DNA of 64,000 nucleotides from Gracilinanus agilis (Eukaryota): NCBI RefSeq assembly GCF_016433145.1, contig NC_058131.1, positions 107,797,610 to 107,861,609 on the forward strand, given 5' to 3'. Within the stretch, counting starts at the first letter, position 1, and each line of letters opens with the position of its first letter. Both the position numbers and the translations under genes were made by a program. Of this stretch, positions 24,051-38,304 are shown one piece after another. The notes under the pieces are model-generated. The model was not told the origin of the DNA and made no database searches. It saw nothing but the letters and a program-made list of their open reading frames with translations.

Positions 24051-24829
24051 CAACATACTTTTGACTACATATGCAGCCACACACACAAATCTATGCAGTT
24101 TTTAGTATTATTAGTTATTACCAATTATGAAATATAAAATTAATATAACTAAAATGTAAAGAATTACAACCATATAATTATTAGATAATAATATATCATT
24201 AATTGATCATCATTAATTAAAGGTATATATAGATATACATAAACAAAATAAGTGTATTCATGTTTCAGAGTGGTCTTATTTCCTCCATGAATATTCTGGA
24301 GTATATAAAATATTGTCTGTATTTATATTTATTTTCATTGGCTGTCCCTTGTACCTAGAATGGTCTCTCTTTGCTTCTCTTCTTCCTGGCTTCTCTGATT
24401 TTCTTTAAGTCCCAGATAAAAAATCTTACCTTCAACTGGAAGCTTTCCTAAATATCTCTTAATTGTAATACCTTACCTCTTTTGATTATTTTCAATTCCT
24501 CTGGTTCATATCCTGTGTGTCTATGTATGTACATGTGTGTGTGCACAATAAATATTAAATATAACATAATCTCACTAAGAGATGAAAGAGAAACTATTAC
24601 CTAACAAAATTAAACTATAATAGTTAATCTTTTAGTTTCTAAAGTATTGTTCAAACAGGTACTGATTAGGTATCTTACAGTTTATGTGCATGAAAAGTGA
24701 TTCCACAAAAGTTAATTCACACTCTTTGCCTTCACAGCCTATCTTACCATACTTGCTTTTTAACTCCATTAATTTGGTATCTATCAGGCTTATTTCTCTA
24801 CCAGTAATTTATATTGTTCTTCTCAAGAT

Positions 24830-25364
24830 AATTGGTGACCCCTTTATTACTAAATTCAATCTCCTTTACAATTATTTTTCTTTTTAGTCTCTGTACATTT
24901 GACTCCATTCACTAGCTCTTCCTCTGGGATGCTCTCTATCCTGAATGTTGATTTCTTTTCACCCTGTAGTCATTGCTGATTGTCATTGTTGTTTTATCAC
25001 ACCATTCTGGCCCCAAGTCTTAAATGTATATAAAAATTCCTTTTTAAGATTTCTTTAGCAGATTATCATCAATGTCCCCAAACTCTAATTATGAATGTCC
25101 CCAAATGCTCTACCCTGATTTATCTCTGTAGATTATCACTTGGTGGCCCTATCAATTTCTATGTGTTTAATTGCCATCCATTTGCACACTTTTTATTTCT
25201 AGATCTATAAACTTCCACTGCCTCTCACTCTCCTGATTGCCTGTTCTGGACTGACAAATATTGGCTGGACATTTCAAACAGGATACCCCGCAGATATTTC
25301 AAAGTTGATATATCCAAAGCAGACCTTCTTATCTTCCCCCCAAATCTACCAACAAATCACAAAG

Positions 25365-25409
<45 letters not shown>

Positions 25410-26615
25410 GGGCATCACCCTCTTTCCATTCTCCCAGGTTTTAAATCTTAATATTTTATTGACCTTCCAATTTACAACATCCAAATATTCCATTGACAAA
25501 TGTTGCTCTTTATACCTCAATGTTTCTCAACTTGATTCCTTCTCACCATTCATATAGCCATAACTTAGTTTAAGTCCTCATCACCTTTAATCTGTGTTAT
25601 TGCAATGGTCTTCTATTTGTTTTTCCTGCCTGTAGTCACTTTCTAAGTTCAATCCATCAATCAGTAGGGACTAGGTGATATTTTCCTTAAGAACAAGTCA
25701 GGCCATACCACTTGTCTACTCAATGGATTTTAGTAGCTCAAAAAGAGAATATTGCCTAAGTAGAGTGGTTTGTATACTGTGATCTAAAAATCTGATTTTA
25801 TCCTATTTTGCTGTGTGTGTGTGTGTGTGTATGAGTATAAAATAGGGACAAGTTTCCACCCTGAATCCCAATGCCATATTACTAATTATTTGTAGGTAAT
25901 CTCCCCTTGAGTGTGACCATTCAGGTTCAACATGTCAAAAAAGGAACTTAATAATTTCCTTTCTCCCTCACCACTCTATTCCCTTTAAACCTACATAATC
26001 TCTGAATTTCCTATTTATTGTTAAGTGTATAAACATTCTTCAAGTCATTCAGGTTTATAGTTTTAACTTCACCTCAGCTCTTCTCTTTCCACCATTCCTC
26101 ATTCCACATATCCATCTGGTCAATTGCAAAATCTTTAATTCCAAACATCCCTCACATCTGTCCTCTTGACTCCACTCACACTACATTTACCCTAATTTAG
26201 ACATATATCTCTTCTTACCCTTATTCTTATAACTGCTTCCTAAGTAGTATTTTAGTGTTCTCTCTCTCTCAAATACCTTTTTCATCCAGATACCACCATG
26301 ATTTTCCTAGGCATGGTTAACATCAATAATCTCCAGTTGGTACTCTATTTCCTCTATGAAAAAATGCAAAATATTGAAACTGATCTTTAAGGAGATCTAC
26401 TTATAGTAACCTTTCAAGGCTGATTTCACATTCTTCCTTTTGTTTTATAATGGTCCAGTGAAACTTCCCTACTTTCTCTCCTATATATCATATAACATAT
26501 AAATAAACATGTAGTCACTCTATCTTTCTCTGTCTCTGTCTCTATCTGCCTTTCTCTCTCTTCCTCCATCCCTATAATTTGTGATTTCCTTCATTAAAAA
26601 TAAAACTCTTTAAGA
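24830..26615 (+). mobile_element. L2 LINE fragments (ORF2 3' part), interrupted at the 3' end by an L1
   Basis: Repeated L2 hallmarks (ggacatttcaaacaggatacccc...gatatatccaaagcagacctt; caacatgtcaaaaaaggaactta); continues at 30024. Confidence 0.7.
25368..25409. repeat. (TTA)14 microsatellite
   Basis: Directly visible. Confidence 0.97.
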
Positions 26616-29600
26616 TCTGTTGTTATTGGTCAGAGATGATGCACACATCCACTTGATCTTTACCAAATTATACGCCATACAATTTTCATATAATGCCTCA
26701 AAACAAATTCAGAAGTAACAGAACCCACAAAAGCATGGAGTGAAGCAATTTTTCAGGCCAAGACAACTGAGAATGTTGGTAGGAATTGTCTGTCACATCT
26801 CAGTGGGGGCAGAGTACAGAGCAGTACAACAAGGCTGGCCCTACCTTTGCAAATAAGCCCAGTCAATGGAGTAGATAAATCAGCAGCAATGGCTTCTGGA
26901 GCTTGTAGTCACATATGGTAAGATTATAGGGATTCTTTTGTTGACTGTGGTTATAGGACTCTGTTGCAACGCCCATTCTCAGATTTAGGACTCAGTCCCA
27001 GATCACAATAAAGAGTAAGGAGGAACACTAGCACACACCAGCTCCTGCTGCAAGCCTCAGGGGAATAGAGGATATTGTTCACATTTCAAAGGAGGAAAAG
27101 AGTATTTCAGATTGCTCTTAGATGAGAGCACAGTCTGGCAGAGTATTAAACACACCTTTCCTTAGATCATTCCATCTTGAAATAACTGAAAACTTATAGG
27201 TCACCATAGCACTAAAGCTGGCTGCACAAAAAAACTAAAGCTTGGAACAATGGTCTCTTTACCATAGGAACCATACCTTCCTGTATCAGCTTTTTAAATT
27301 TTTTTAGTTAAATGACAAGAAAAGGCTAGAAAAATGAATGTGTTAGAAAAATAAACTCAATGTAGAAACTTATTTTGGAGATGGGGAAGGTCGAAATTCA
27401 AATTCAGAAGAAGGCAGTAAAGTGAATATGGTACATCTCAGTGCTCAAAGAAAAATATGAATTGGTCTAAAGACTGAAAGAATTATCCAAGAAGCTCAAA
27501 AAAGATTTAAAAATTAAATACAAGAGGAAAAAGAAAATTGGGAAAATAAGTGAGTGTAGTGAAGGGAAATGATGGGGGAAAATAGTTGACAGCTTGGTAA
27601 AGGAGGCACAAACATAGTGAAGAAGATTAAAAACAGAAAAGATCAGTTGGTAAAAGAAGCACAAAAATCTAAAGAGAAAAATTCTTTAAAAAGCAGAATT
27701 GGGCAAATTGAAAAAAAGTTTATACAAAAAATTCACTAAAGAGAAGAATACTTTAAAAGGCAGAAATAGTGACATGGAAAGAGTTACAAAATTCACTAAG
27801 GACTTTCAAGAGTAAAATTGACCAAATTAGGGTTGGGGGGGGAATATAAAAGCTCAAAAAAGAAAAATAATGCTTTAAAATTAAAATTGGGTAAGTGAAA
27901 GCTAATGACTCCATGTGACATAAAGAAACAATCAATCTCAAAAGAAGGAAAAAAAGAAAAAAAAGGTTTGAACTACAAACCAGAGTGCAATAGTTTGCAA
28001 GCTAGAGCTGAAAGAAATCTCAAAATCCAAATTGAAAAAACATAATAGCCAAATTCCAGAACTCCCATGTCAAAGAGAAAATATTGCAATCAACTACAAA
28101 GAAACGATTTAAATATTGTGCAGTCACAGCTGGTATAACACAACACATAGCAAGCTTCTACATTAAAGTATCATAAAGCATGGAAGGATTTGTTCTAGAG
28201 GGCAAAGGAACCAGGATTTCAACCAAGAATCTCCTACCCAGCAAAAACTGAGTATAAGCATTCAGGGAGAAAATGAGCATGCAATGAAATAGAAGTCTTT
28301 CAAACACTCCTAATGAAAAGACCAGATCTGTGTAGAAAATCTAACTATCAAACACAAGGCTCAAAAGAAGCATTAAAAGGTAAAAGGAAAGCAAAATCAT
28401 GAGGTTCAATAAGGTTAAACTGCTTAAGTCCCTACATAGGTACATCATACTTGTACTTCTTAAGAATTTTATCATTAATGCAGCAGTTAAAAGTGGTATG
28501 CATAGACACAAAGCAAGAGTGTGACTTGAATATTATATGATGATATCTAAAAATATAAAATTAAGGGTTAAGAAAGAAGAATGCATTGAAAGAAGGGGGA
28601 AGGGAGAAGTAGAATGGGGCAAATTATCTCACATAAAAGAGGTGTGTGAGCTTTTACAATGGAGAGGAAAATGGGAGAAGTGGGGAAGGGAAGCGCTTGA
28701 ACCTTACTCTCAGAAATGGCTCAAATAGGAAAGAACATACACATCAATTGAGTATAGAAGCCTATATTGCCCTGTAGGAAACTATAAGGTGAAGAGGATA
28801 TTAAAGTCTGAGACTTGATAGTAGAGAGATCAAATTAGAATAGTTAGTGGTCAGAAGCAAAAAACTTTTGAGAATGGTCAAGAGGAAAGGAGAGTGAATA
28901 GGATAAATGTGGTTGAGTGATAGGATGGAGAGTTATATATATATATATTACACATAGTAATCAAACTGGTGAAAAATATTTCTATAAGTCTCTCTACTAA
29001 AGGCTTCCATCCTCAAATACAGAGAGAAAACAGTAAAATATGTAAGAATACAAGGGATTCCCCAATTAGTAAATGGCCAAAAGATAGGAACAGTTATCAG
29101 ACAGAATAATTGAAGCTACCTATAATCAGGTGAAAATGCTCTAAATCACTATTAATTAGAAAAAAAGTATATGAAACAACTCTGAGGTATCATCCCATAT
29201 ATATTAGATTGACTATTATGACAGAAAAGGAAAGTGACAAAAGTAGATGAAGATGTGGCAAAATTGAGACACTAATGCAGTATTGGGGGAATTGTGAACT
29301 AATTCAATCAATCTGGAAAGCAATTTGGACATATGCCCAAAAGGTTATAAAATAGGACATACATTTTATCTTAGCAATATTAATATTAGGTCTGTGTCCT
29401 AAAGATATTTTTTAAAAGCAAAAAGTCCATATAGAAAAAAATATTCTAGCAGCTATTTTTGTGATGGCAAAAAATAGGAAAATGATTGGATATACATCAA
29501 TTGTGGAATGGGTGAGTAAGTTTTGGCATATGAGTGGAGTGGAATACTATTATGTTATCAGAAATGATAAACAGGAGTATTTCAGAAAAAAAATCCTGAA

Positions 29601-30023
29601 TAGCATTACATGAACTGATGCAGAGTGAAGTAAGGAGAACCAGGAGAACAAAATACATTGTAATAGCAATTATTGTATGATGAATAATTGTGAATAATTT
29701 TAGCTATTCTCAGCAAGACAATCCAAAAGGCCTTATGACAAAAATGTCATCTGCTTCTAGAGGAAGATGGAGTCTAAATCAAGACTTTGCATTCAAGATA
29801 TCACTTTCTTTCTTCATTTATTTTGTTTGAGTTTTCTTCCACAAAAGGATTAATGTAGAATAAAGTTTTACATGATTACGCATTAAATTACTTATCCCCT
29901 TAGCAAGCAGGGAGTTGAAGGAGGAAGGGAGAATATTTGGGACTCAAAATTTCAAAAAAAGTTAAAAATGAATGACATCTAATTGGGGTAGAAATAAAAG
30001 AGTTAAAAATCAATAAGGTTGTT
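26616..30023 (+). mobile_element. ORF2-deleted (half-L1/HAL1-like) LINE-1: 5'UTR, decayed ORF1, spacer, ORF2 start fused to ORF2 end, 3'UTR
   Basis: 5'UTR about 26616-27300; ORF1-like 27312-28385; ORF2 start atggag at 28925 runs about 50 bp then joins aaatatttctataagtctctctactaaaggc (ORF2 C-terminal region); L1 3'UTR to about 30010. Confidence 0.88.
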
Positions 30024-30120
30024 TTTAAGAATAGAAATTGTTTCATTTGTTTTACTTGTATCCCCAGTGCCTATCCTAAAATAGGTGCTTAGTAAATATT
30101 TTAGTTTGCTGACTGATAAT
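30024..30120 (+). mobile_element. L2 3' tail (continuation of the 24830-26615 element)
   Basis: tttaagaatagaaattgtttcatttgtttacttgtatccccagtgcc...ggtgcttagtaaata...gactga. Confidence 0.6.
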
Positions 30121-30649
30121 TAGAAGCTAAATTTTAGTGTTTCTGAGAATAACTCAGATGAGTGTTGGGGGGAAGTACTACAGAATGTTCTATGCAAACT
30201 TATATCCAAGGGTTTTACCTATGTGCAGACAATTTTTTACCTATTATATGTATTGCTCATGTTCACAAAAGAGCTGTTATCCAGATCATCCTGCTTTCAC
30301 AGAATGAATTTAAGTATAGAGAAGCCAGACCAAACAAATATTTTTGCCTTCCCATATGGTTTCTTAGGACTATGGATGTTGGTCACTGTCTGCCACACTC
30401 CTGAGAATTCACTAGTTTCGCCAACTCTTTCTGGAGGTTACACACATGCCAGATATGTGGTGGTATCTAGCCAGTACATTGTGGCTCATTAGGCCCTGGT
30501 TCAGATATTTCAATGTATTTGTTCAAAGGAAAAGAAAATCATCACTTTGGCAGGACCTACATTATCACTCCTTCAGCACAATCTGTAATGCAAAACAACA
30601 TTATTATACTATTGCTCACACAAAAGACAAGTATATTTCTCTAGTGGTA

Positions 30650-30835
30650 TGGCATAGTGAAAAGAGCACTGGTATAAGAAGCAGAGGATCTGAGTCTAAT
30701 ATCAGTTCTGTCAGCTCCTTAACAATGAGGCAGTCATATCTTCAACATCTTTCTTGCTGTTATTTTCCTCACCTGAAAAGTGAAGAGACTGGGATCATAC
30801 GATCACTTAGAACACTTCCAGTTCTAACCTCAAAT
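30650..30835 (+). mobile_element. MIR3-like SINE
   Basis: ggcatagtgaaaagagcactgg...ttcctcacctgaaaag...ttccagttcta; explains much of ORF 30446..30874. Confidence 0.6.
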
Positions 30836-31494
30836 TATTCTACTGGTGTGAAAAGCCTCACTACCAACAGCTAATTATCCTGGACTTTTCCTCCCTTGTA
30901 TTATGAGAATCATTTGTTACTTCTTTTGCCTTTGCTTTGAGGCTGTTTTTATGTGCATTCAAATCTAATATTTGCTTTGGTTATGGAAAGGGAACCCAAG
31001 CCAAATGGACATTAACTGAAATCTATCACTCCTTGTTGAACTATTGATAGAAAAATTATTTACAATACATTTTGTCTTTTAGCATTCTGGCAATAGTCCA
31101 TTGGAAATGTAGGGGATAACCTTGAAAAGTTATTTTTTTCTATATTAGAAAGGATCTCTTATTTTTCACTGGCCACCTATACTTTTTATTAATATCCAAA
31201 GTATAAAATAAGACTCTTTAAGATTTTTTTCTAGTAACATACTACCAAGTTATTCTCAAGGATGAAACAGAAAGCAATGTACATGACATAAATTTATACT
31301 TCTTTGTGCACATGAATACTCAAAAAATGTTAAAGGCTTTTAAAAAGATTAAAAGAAATAACATGAATTGTGATGAAACCACTCCAGATTTCAATTTTAA
31401 AACTCTAATAAATATTCCATTAAATGTTATTTGAAAGGAGTTTGTTCTGAGAAATAACATAGTCTTTCAGAAACTTTAAAAAATTAGTTTTCTT

Positions 31495-31779
31495 CAATAC
31501 CCACATTCAGAGGAAGAACTACAGGAGTGGAAACACAGAAGAAAAACAACTGCTTGAACACATGGGTTTGTGTGTTTTGATGTGGACATGATTTGGGAAG
31601 TAAACTCTAAACGACCACCCTAGTACAACTATCAATAATATGGAAATAGGTTCTAGATTGATGACACATGAAGAATCCACTGGAAATGCGCATTGACTAT
31701 AGAGGAGGGGGGTTTGGGGAGGGGAAAGAGTAAGAACATGAATCATGGAATCATGGAAAATTTTTTCTAAAAAACAATA
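31495..31779 (+). mobile_element. Young L1 3'UTR-only insertion
   Basis: 17 bp TSD aaaaaattagttttctt at 31478-31494 and 31780-31796, preceded by tt (TT/AAAA L1 endonuclease site). Confidence 0.93.
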
Positions 31780-32549
31780 AAAAAATTAGTTTTCTTACTT
31801 TGAGCTCTATTTCAGGAGCAAATTTAAAACTGATTATCAATGTATTTGCTGCCAGATTTTAGTTGTCAATTTCAGTTAAAACTAGTCACAGCTAAGGAAT
31901 AAAGTGAGGGAATGCCAGATGATATGGGCTCTCTTTTTGAAAATATTAATTTACAAAAATCCGGATGAGGAATAATAGTGATTATATATTATGTACATTG
32001 TTTTACTTTGCTAATTTTTTTTCTCTTCATACTTTTTGCCACATAGAAGGAAAAAGAATATCTTTGTTAACAAAAAATAGTTCAATTGTTGAGTGGTTGC
32101 TTCAGAAATAGGTCTTGAAAGGCAGCAGTAGCAAGTTATTTTAACAGCTAAAAGTCTTTTCATGTTAGATGATTCCTTTTTTATGCTAAATTAATAAATG
32201 AATAGAACCTGATTTACAAGAACTAATCAAAATGACAGTATAAGTTTGAGCCTGGAATAAAATTTTAAAAAATTAAGCTTTTGGAGGAAAGGTACTAAGT
32301 GATGACATAGTATTTCCTTTAACATCATGCTCACTTTTTTCACTGTTTGATATGCATACCTACATGTTTTAATAGATTATTTTTTTACTTATTTAAATAA
32401 AAAACACTAGCATACACATATAGCTCTGTTTATGCCAGCTACAACTTTAGCTGAGAGTTGCCTTTGTTCAGGGAATGATACAGCCATCACCACAGTTCAG
32501 TTACTTAACATCTTTAGTCTAGACTGCTGTAGGAGAAGCTAACTAGAAA

Positions 32550-32770
32550 ATATGTGTTGTAGTAAGTGGAGAGTGTCAGGTATGGAATCAAGATGATTTG
32601 AGTTTGAAGCCTACTTCAGACAACTATATTTTTGTATTCAGATATACTAAGTGTTGACATAACATCTTTAAATCTGAGTTTCCCCCTCTCTAAAATGGGG
32701 ATAAGAATGGCATGTACACCTTATTGAGTTGGCATGAGGATCAATTGCAAATGACATTGCAAACATTATG
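32550..32770 (+). mobile_element. MIR SINE
   Basis: ctgagtttccccctctctaaaatggggataagaatggcatgtacacc...ggcatgaggatcaa. Confidence 0.65.
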
Positions 32771-32778
32771 TATGTTGA

Positions 32779-32819
32779 TGTGTGTGTGCATGTGTGAGTG
32801 TGTGTGTGTGTGTGTGTGT
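32779..32819. repeat. Imperfect (TG)n microsatellite
   Basis: Directly visible. Confidence 0.9.
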
Positions 32820-33279
32820 TTGGGTATAGGCCTCCTACTTTCCCGACCTAAAGTCTTTCTGTTCTCCAAATGATCCTTGATGATACAGCTGGAAAAAAAT
32901 GTCCTAATACATAGGCCTGTAGTGGTTCCTCCATTATAAAAGTATACAATTTTTGAGATCCTTCTCTTTTTCCAAGTTTCAGTTCAAGTACTACCTCATC
33001 TATGATATTCTTCTTAATTCCCCATATTGAGAAATGATCAGAATCTTATTCCCCTCTATCACCAATATTTTCCACCTTGGTCTATTTTATAACTTTTTAC
33101 ATATACTTCTTATCATTCAAAGCACTATATGTACCTGGAGAATAGAGACTATATTTTTTGTCTTTGAATATCTTCCTTTGATATTGTATTAAACTATTCA
33201 GGAGCTTAATGTTTACTAAATTGCATTTGTCCTTGATTATATGTCCCTTTTTTTCATTTTCTTTATATTTCCTTTTTAA

Positions 33280-34810
33280 AAGATCAGGCATTTCTCTCTA
33301 CATCCAAATCAAGAACTTCTTTACATTCCTCTGTTCTGTGGTTCTCATTTAGATCACCTAAGATTATATAATCAGAGCTTCATTTTGTGAATTTCCCACC
33401 CTTTTTCCATTGTTGTCCATTTTCAGAGCATAGGTACTATGTCATTGTCAAGATTTCATTTGAATTTTTAAAATCTATTTTCCTCAACTCTAGGGTGTAT
33501 GCATTACTATGTTCACTATAATCTCTTCTTTATATGAAGTACTATAATCACATGACCACTTTCTCCCAGAATCCATGCTACTTTAACATCTCAAAAATGT
33601 TCTTACTTATTAAACTAAATATTTGTTTAGACTTTTGATATATGTGTACATTTTCATTATTATATTAGCCTTTTGATTTGTCCTTAATTCCCCTTATTTT
33701 TCTGATGCATTTGACAGCATTGACAACATCCCCTTTCTTTTGATAATGTCTATGCTATTGAATTTTATGATACTGAATCCTTGTGATTTTCCTCTTATGT
33801 CTCTAAGTGCCACTCCTCTGTCCCTTTTCCATTCATTCCTCCTTCTACTCTTTAAATATAGAGTATCCCAAAATTCTATACATTGAACTCTTTTTTCTAT
33901 ATATTCTCTCCCTTGGAGAATTTGTCAACTTCTATAACTTCAAGATTATCATTAAGCAGCTGACTTCTCAATTTATTCTCAACTATCCCAGTGATTTAGT
34001 ATTGTATTTCCAACTGCACCTAAAAGTCAACATGTTAAACTTAGAACTCCATATTAATCTCAAACTAAATAATGTATGACAGCAACTAAAAAAGTATATG
34101 AAATATAATAGGTTTTTCATAAACACATTTTGTTTCATGCCCTAAAATGTATTCCAAGTTTATCTCTTTATATGAATTATATATTTAATTTAATAACACC
34201 TTTATTCTCTTAGTTACTTAGCCTCAGACCCTCAGAACAATATTTGACTGTTCTTTCTATAATGCCACCCACATCTGATTAATAGTCACCCTATCAACCA
34301 TTAACTCTCACAATCCATCTACTCTCTAATCCTTCTTAAAACACCCAATTGTAGGTCGTTGTCTCTTCTCTACCTACTCAAAAATTCACCTAAAGGACAG
34401 GTTATCTCCTAATGAAACCTTCAGAATTTTGCCCACATAACTTTCCTAATCATTGTTGCAATCATGAATCTTAGATGGCAAAACAAAACAAAAACTCCTT
34501 CATTGCTGACTGAATAAGATATAACCAACTGATGCTGACATTCAACTTCTACTATCTGGGCCCAAATTACCTTTTAGTCTTATAGTAACCACTTCATAGA
34601 TTCTAAAGTGTCATGAAGTATAGATTTAGAGTTGGAAGAGATTATAGAGGTTATCTATAAGACCAATGGTATCATTATCCTAATCTCAGCACTCATTTGT
34701 TTTCCCTTTAAGGTTTAATTTAGAAAGTAGGTCTTCTATAAAGTATACCCTGATCACCTCCCCAAATGTTTTGCCCATACTAGATACTAAATATTTGTTG
34801 AATATAACAA
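33280..34810 (+). mobile_element. L2 LINE fragments
   Basis: gcatttgacagcattgacaacatccc (KAFDxxDH-like RT motif), ctctccttggagaatttgtcaacttctataacttcaa, tail taaatatttgttgaat. Confidence 0.65.
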
Positions 34811-36277
34811 ATTTATAGATTTTGTTTCACTTTTTTCAATAATTTCCTAACATGGACTTCTATTTTTTAAATTTACTCTACATTGATAAATACCATTTCC
34901 CTCTATTCTCCCCTCATATTTGACAAAATATAGCCAGCCTATTTAGACTTTCATGGATGATGGGAAAAAATTAATGGCTTTCCAGTTTTCCAGTGTCTAT
35001 GGAGGAAAATGTATTTTTCCTTCCCTAAATATTAGGATTTGTTTTTGACCTATCCCAGAAACTCCTACACATAAAAGTGGCATATTTCTTATGTAGCTGG
35101 CCTTCAATGAAGAATGATCACATTGCTAATTTTAGTTTTATTTATTTATTTTATTTTTGTTGCCAATCATCCACATTTTGGGAAAAGAAATCATGCTGTC
35201 AGTATGTCCCTAGCTTTTACTGGCAAGAACAAAATAGTGTTTTTAGTGGTTCTTTCAAATCAGGATACAACTATTATTCTAATGCCTTGGCAAATATTTC
35301 AGAAATATGCCCCAAATTTCAAGATGCCAGGAAAAAGTATCAGTTTAAACCCAAAGTAAAAAAAGACATTTATTTCAGGAGACTTCCATTGCTGTTCTGA
35401 AGATACTAAAAAGATCATCAGAATCAAACAAAAGATATTTAAGTTATATCAATACTTTTGGTCTTTTGAGCTATTCTTATTATAGTTGCTTCTTAAAAGT
35501 GAATGTATTTCAGTTGTACAATCAGAAAAATACAAAAGAAAACAAACATTATCTACCCAATAAGTTGGGGAAAGTATATTTTAAATTGGAAAATACAAGG
35601 TTTCTGTGTTTGTAGAGGAAACAAGTATGCTCATACATAACTGATAGATCTTTAGGATGACTCACATAAAACTAATAGTTTGAGTAGAGTAAAGCAAATC
35701 TTCATGCAAAAGCTTCTTTTAGTTATGTCAATGTCACCATCATTGATAAGAAGATATTCTACAGTGAGTAACATCTTTCCTCAAAGGAAAAAATATTAAT
35801 TTTAATTCTGTATAATAAAAAAAATCACATCCTAGAGATTTGAGTGAAAAGAGCTACCTGTATAATATCCCTTTATTCCTCTCTCTTCTCTCTCCTCTTT
35901 CCCTGATCTCTATGCCACCTAAATTGCACTGAAATAGCCAGGTAGAAAGAATAATATAATCAAGTTCACTTAGATGAGCAGAGAACTACCAACTACAACC
36001 CTTCTGGTAAAACAGAGGATCAATGGTCTTTTCTGTCTGCCCTCTCCACTACCTCTCTAATTGTTTTATATTTCCTATATTTACTTAGTATGTATGTTGT
36101 ATACTCTGCATTTAATCTATGTATTTTGTCTAGCGAAAGGTTTCTGTGCATGTTGTATTATAAAGCCCTACAGGACAGAGATTGTTTTGTTTTTATCTTT
36201 GTATCTCTGGTTTCTGAAATATAATAGACACTTAAGAATTGCTTGTTGTGTGAATTTACTTAAAAATAGCAAGTTCT

Positions 36278-36460
36278 GGGGCAGCTAGGTAGCTCAGCGG
36301 ATTGAGAGCCAGGCCTACAGATGGGAGGTCCTAGGTTCAAATCTGGCCTCAGACACTTCCCAGCTGTGTGACCCTGGGCAAGTCACTTGACCCCCATTGC
36401 CTACCTTTACCACTCTTCTACGTATAAGTCAAATACACAGAAGTTAAGGGTTTAAAAAAA
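36278..36460 (+). mobile_element. Young full-length opossum SINE (SINE1_Mdo/SINE-1_MD type)
   Basis: A box tagctcagcgg, B box ggttcaaatc, tail gtcaaatacacagaagttaagggtttaaaaaaa; TSD tagcaagttc at 36267-36276 and 36462-36471. Confidence 0.97.
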
Positions 36461-38304
36461 TTAGCAAGTTCCCTTCAAAAAAAACACCGTGTTCTTCAGA
36501 TAAGGGTTGAATATTTGTAAGGAGAGGATGTTGTGGAAGAGATTTTAGCTTTAGTTAGATTGAGAGAAAGATCCTTGCCATTAAGGAACTTCTACAATTT
36601 GAAGCTTTGAGTATTTAGAGTGAATGTTTATCTCACATTGTTTCATGTGCAGCTGCTTCTTAAAGGTGTTAAGATACTTTAATCATAGAATAATTGTATA
36701 GGTAGAATGGTTTTGGCAATTGTAAAAAAAAATAATACTATTGTTATTTTCTATGGAGGACAGCTACTAGTATAAATGACCTTTGGCATCAAATACTTTT
36801 GCTTAATTAACATCAGTCACAGACCAACATTTAACTCATTTCACCAAATGTTTCTTATGTGCCAACTATGTTCCAGGCACTGTGTTGGCATTCAGAATAT
36901 AGAGACAAAAATGGAAAAGACCCTGCTCTTGAGAAATATACATATATTACATAACTGAAAATGCTTTTATTTAAATAAATTAGTATATTTGGCATCTGAA
37001 ACATAAGAATTGTGATTGGGTTTGTTTTTTTATTTTTGTATTGATGGGAAAATATGTTCATAATCTGTTTATATTTTTGTAAACATAAAGAATATGTTTT
37101 CATTGGAAGTAAATCAGTTTTACACAAATAGGACTATCATTTTTACATTTTACTTTTTATAATTGTTTGCTACCTTTGTTGGTATTTTGAACATCTGACA
37201 GCTTTAAGAAATTCATTATAGACCCATAATCTATCAGATATAACTAATATTCATATTTGAAAAAAATCCCAATGCCAAGTTTTAAGTGCTTTCCTGCAAA
37301 ATCTTTACTTTCTTGCCCTTTTTGTGCATATGCAAATCTTTTCCTTGAAATATTAGTCATGCTCTGATTCTGTTCAATTCATCTGACACTAGAAACTCTA
37401 CCAGCTGACACTGTAGCTGAGTAAAGACTGTGTTGTAAGTAGCAGCTTTTTGGCAGTTTCAGCTCCCAATTTTTGTCAGTATTGGAGCTCAGTGGGAGGT
37501 TGGATATGCTTAACAACAAACTGTGGGATCCCAGAATCTAGACAGAATTCTCGGGGTGTGGCAGATGACTTGGGAAGGTGAGCACTAAGAGGGAGTATAG
37601 ATAGATGGGATAGTATAGAGGAAGGGCTATTATTTTGTATATATTTTTATTATATTTATTTGTATTATGCACAAGCAATTCTCCCATCCTCCTCTCTAAA
37701 ATATAAATTCCTCAATGTCAGGGACAACTTCATTTTGTCCCATAGCCCCAATACCTAGCAGATTACTTGGTAGATAGAAGGTACTCATTGATTAACTGTT
37801 ATTGCTTGCTAAGTAGAAAAGGCACAGTAACTGTTTTTTTTGTTTTGTTTTGTTTATTTTTTGCATATATGAGGCACAAGGATATTATGACATATATACA
37901 TACACATTTGCATGTGTTGTCCTTTAGTTTGAAGGACTATCCTTCATTTATCCCTGTAAAACCAAAAAATATCATTCAAGATCAAACTCAAGTACTACCA
38001 TCTTCATGAAGTCTTTCTAATTCATAGCTGAAAATGATCCCTCCCTCCAGGAATTGAACTGAAAATCCTACAGGTGGTAAAACTGTTGAATGAAATCTGA
38101 AAAAAGACTAGCAGAAAGGTCAATTAATAGCAAGACATTTGGTCTGCAGATTCAGAAATCATCATTTTTTCTAGGTGTCCTCCCAAGAATAGGGGGATCA
38201 AATAGTCCCAGCTATAGGCAACAGGAGACAGAGAATTAGAGTTGTAATTAACAATGCTAGGTAACATTTATATAGCGCTTTAAAGTTTTCAAGATGCTTT
38301 ACAA

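Noticed and set aside
30446-30874. Longest ORF in the track (142 aa)
   Set aside because: Its second half runs through a MIR3 element, it has no recognisable domain, and overlapping ORFs in other frames suggest chance openness.
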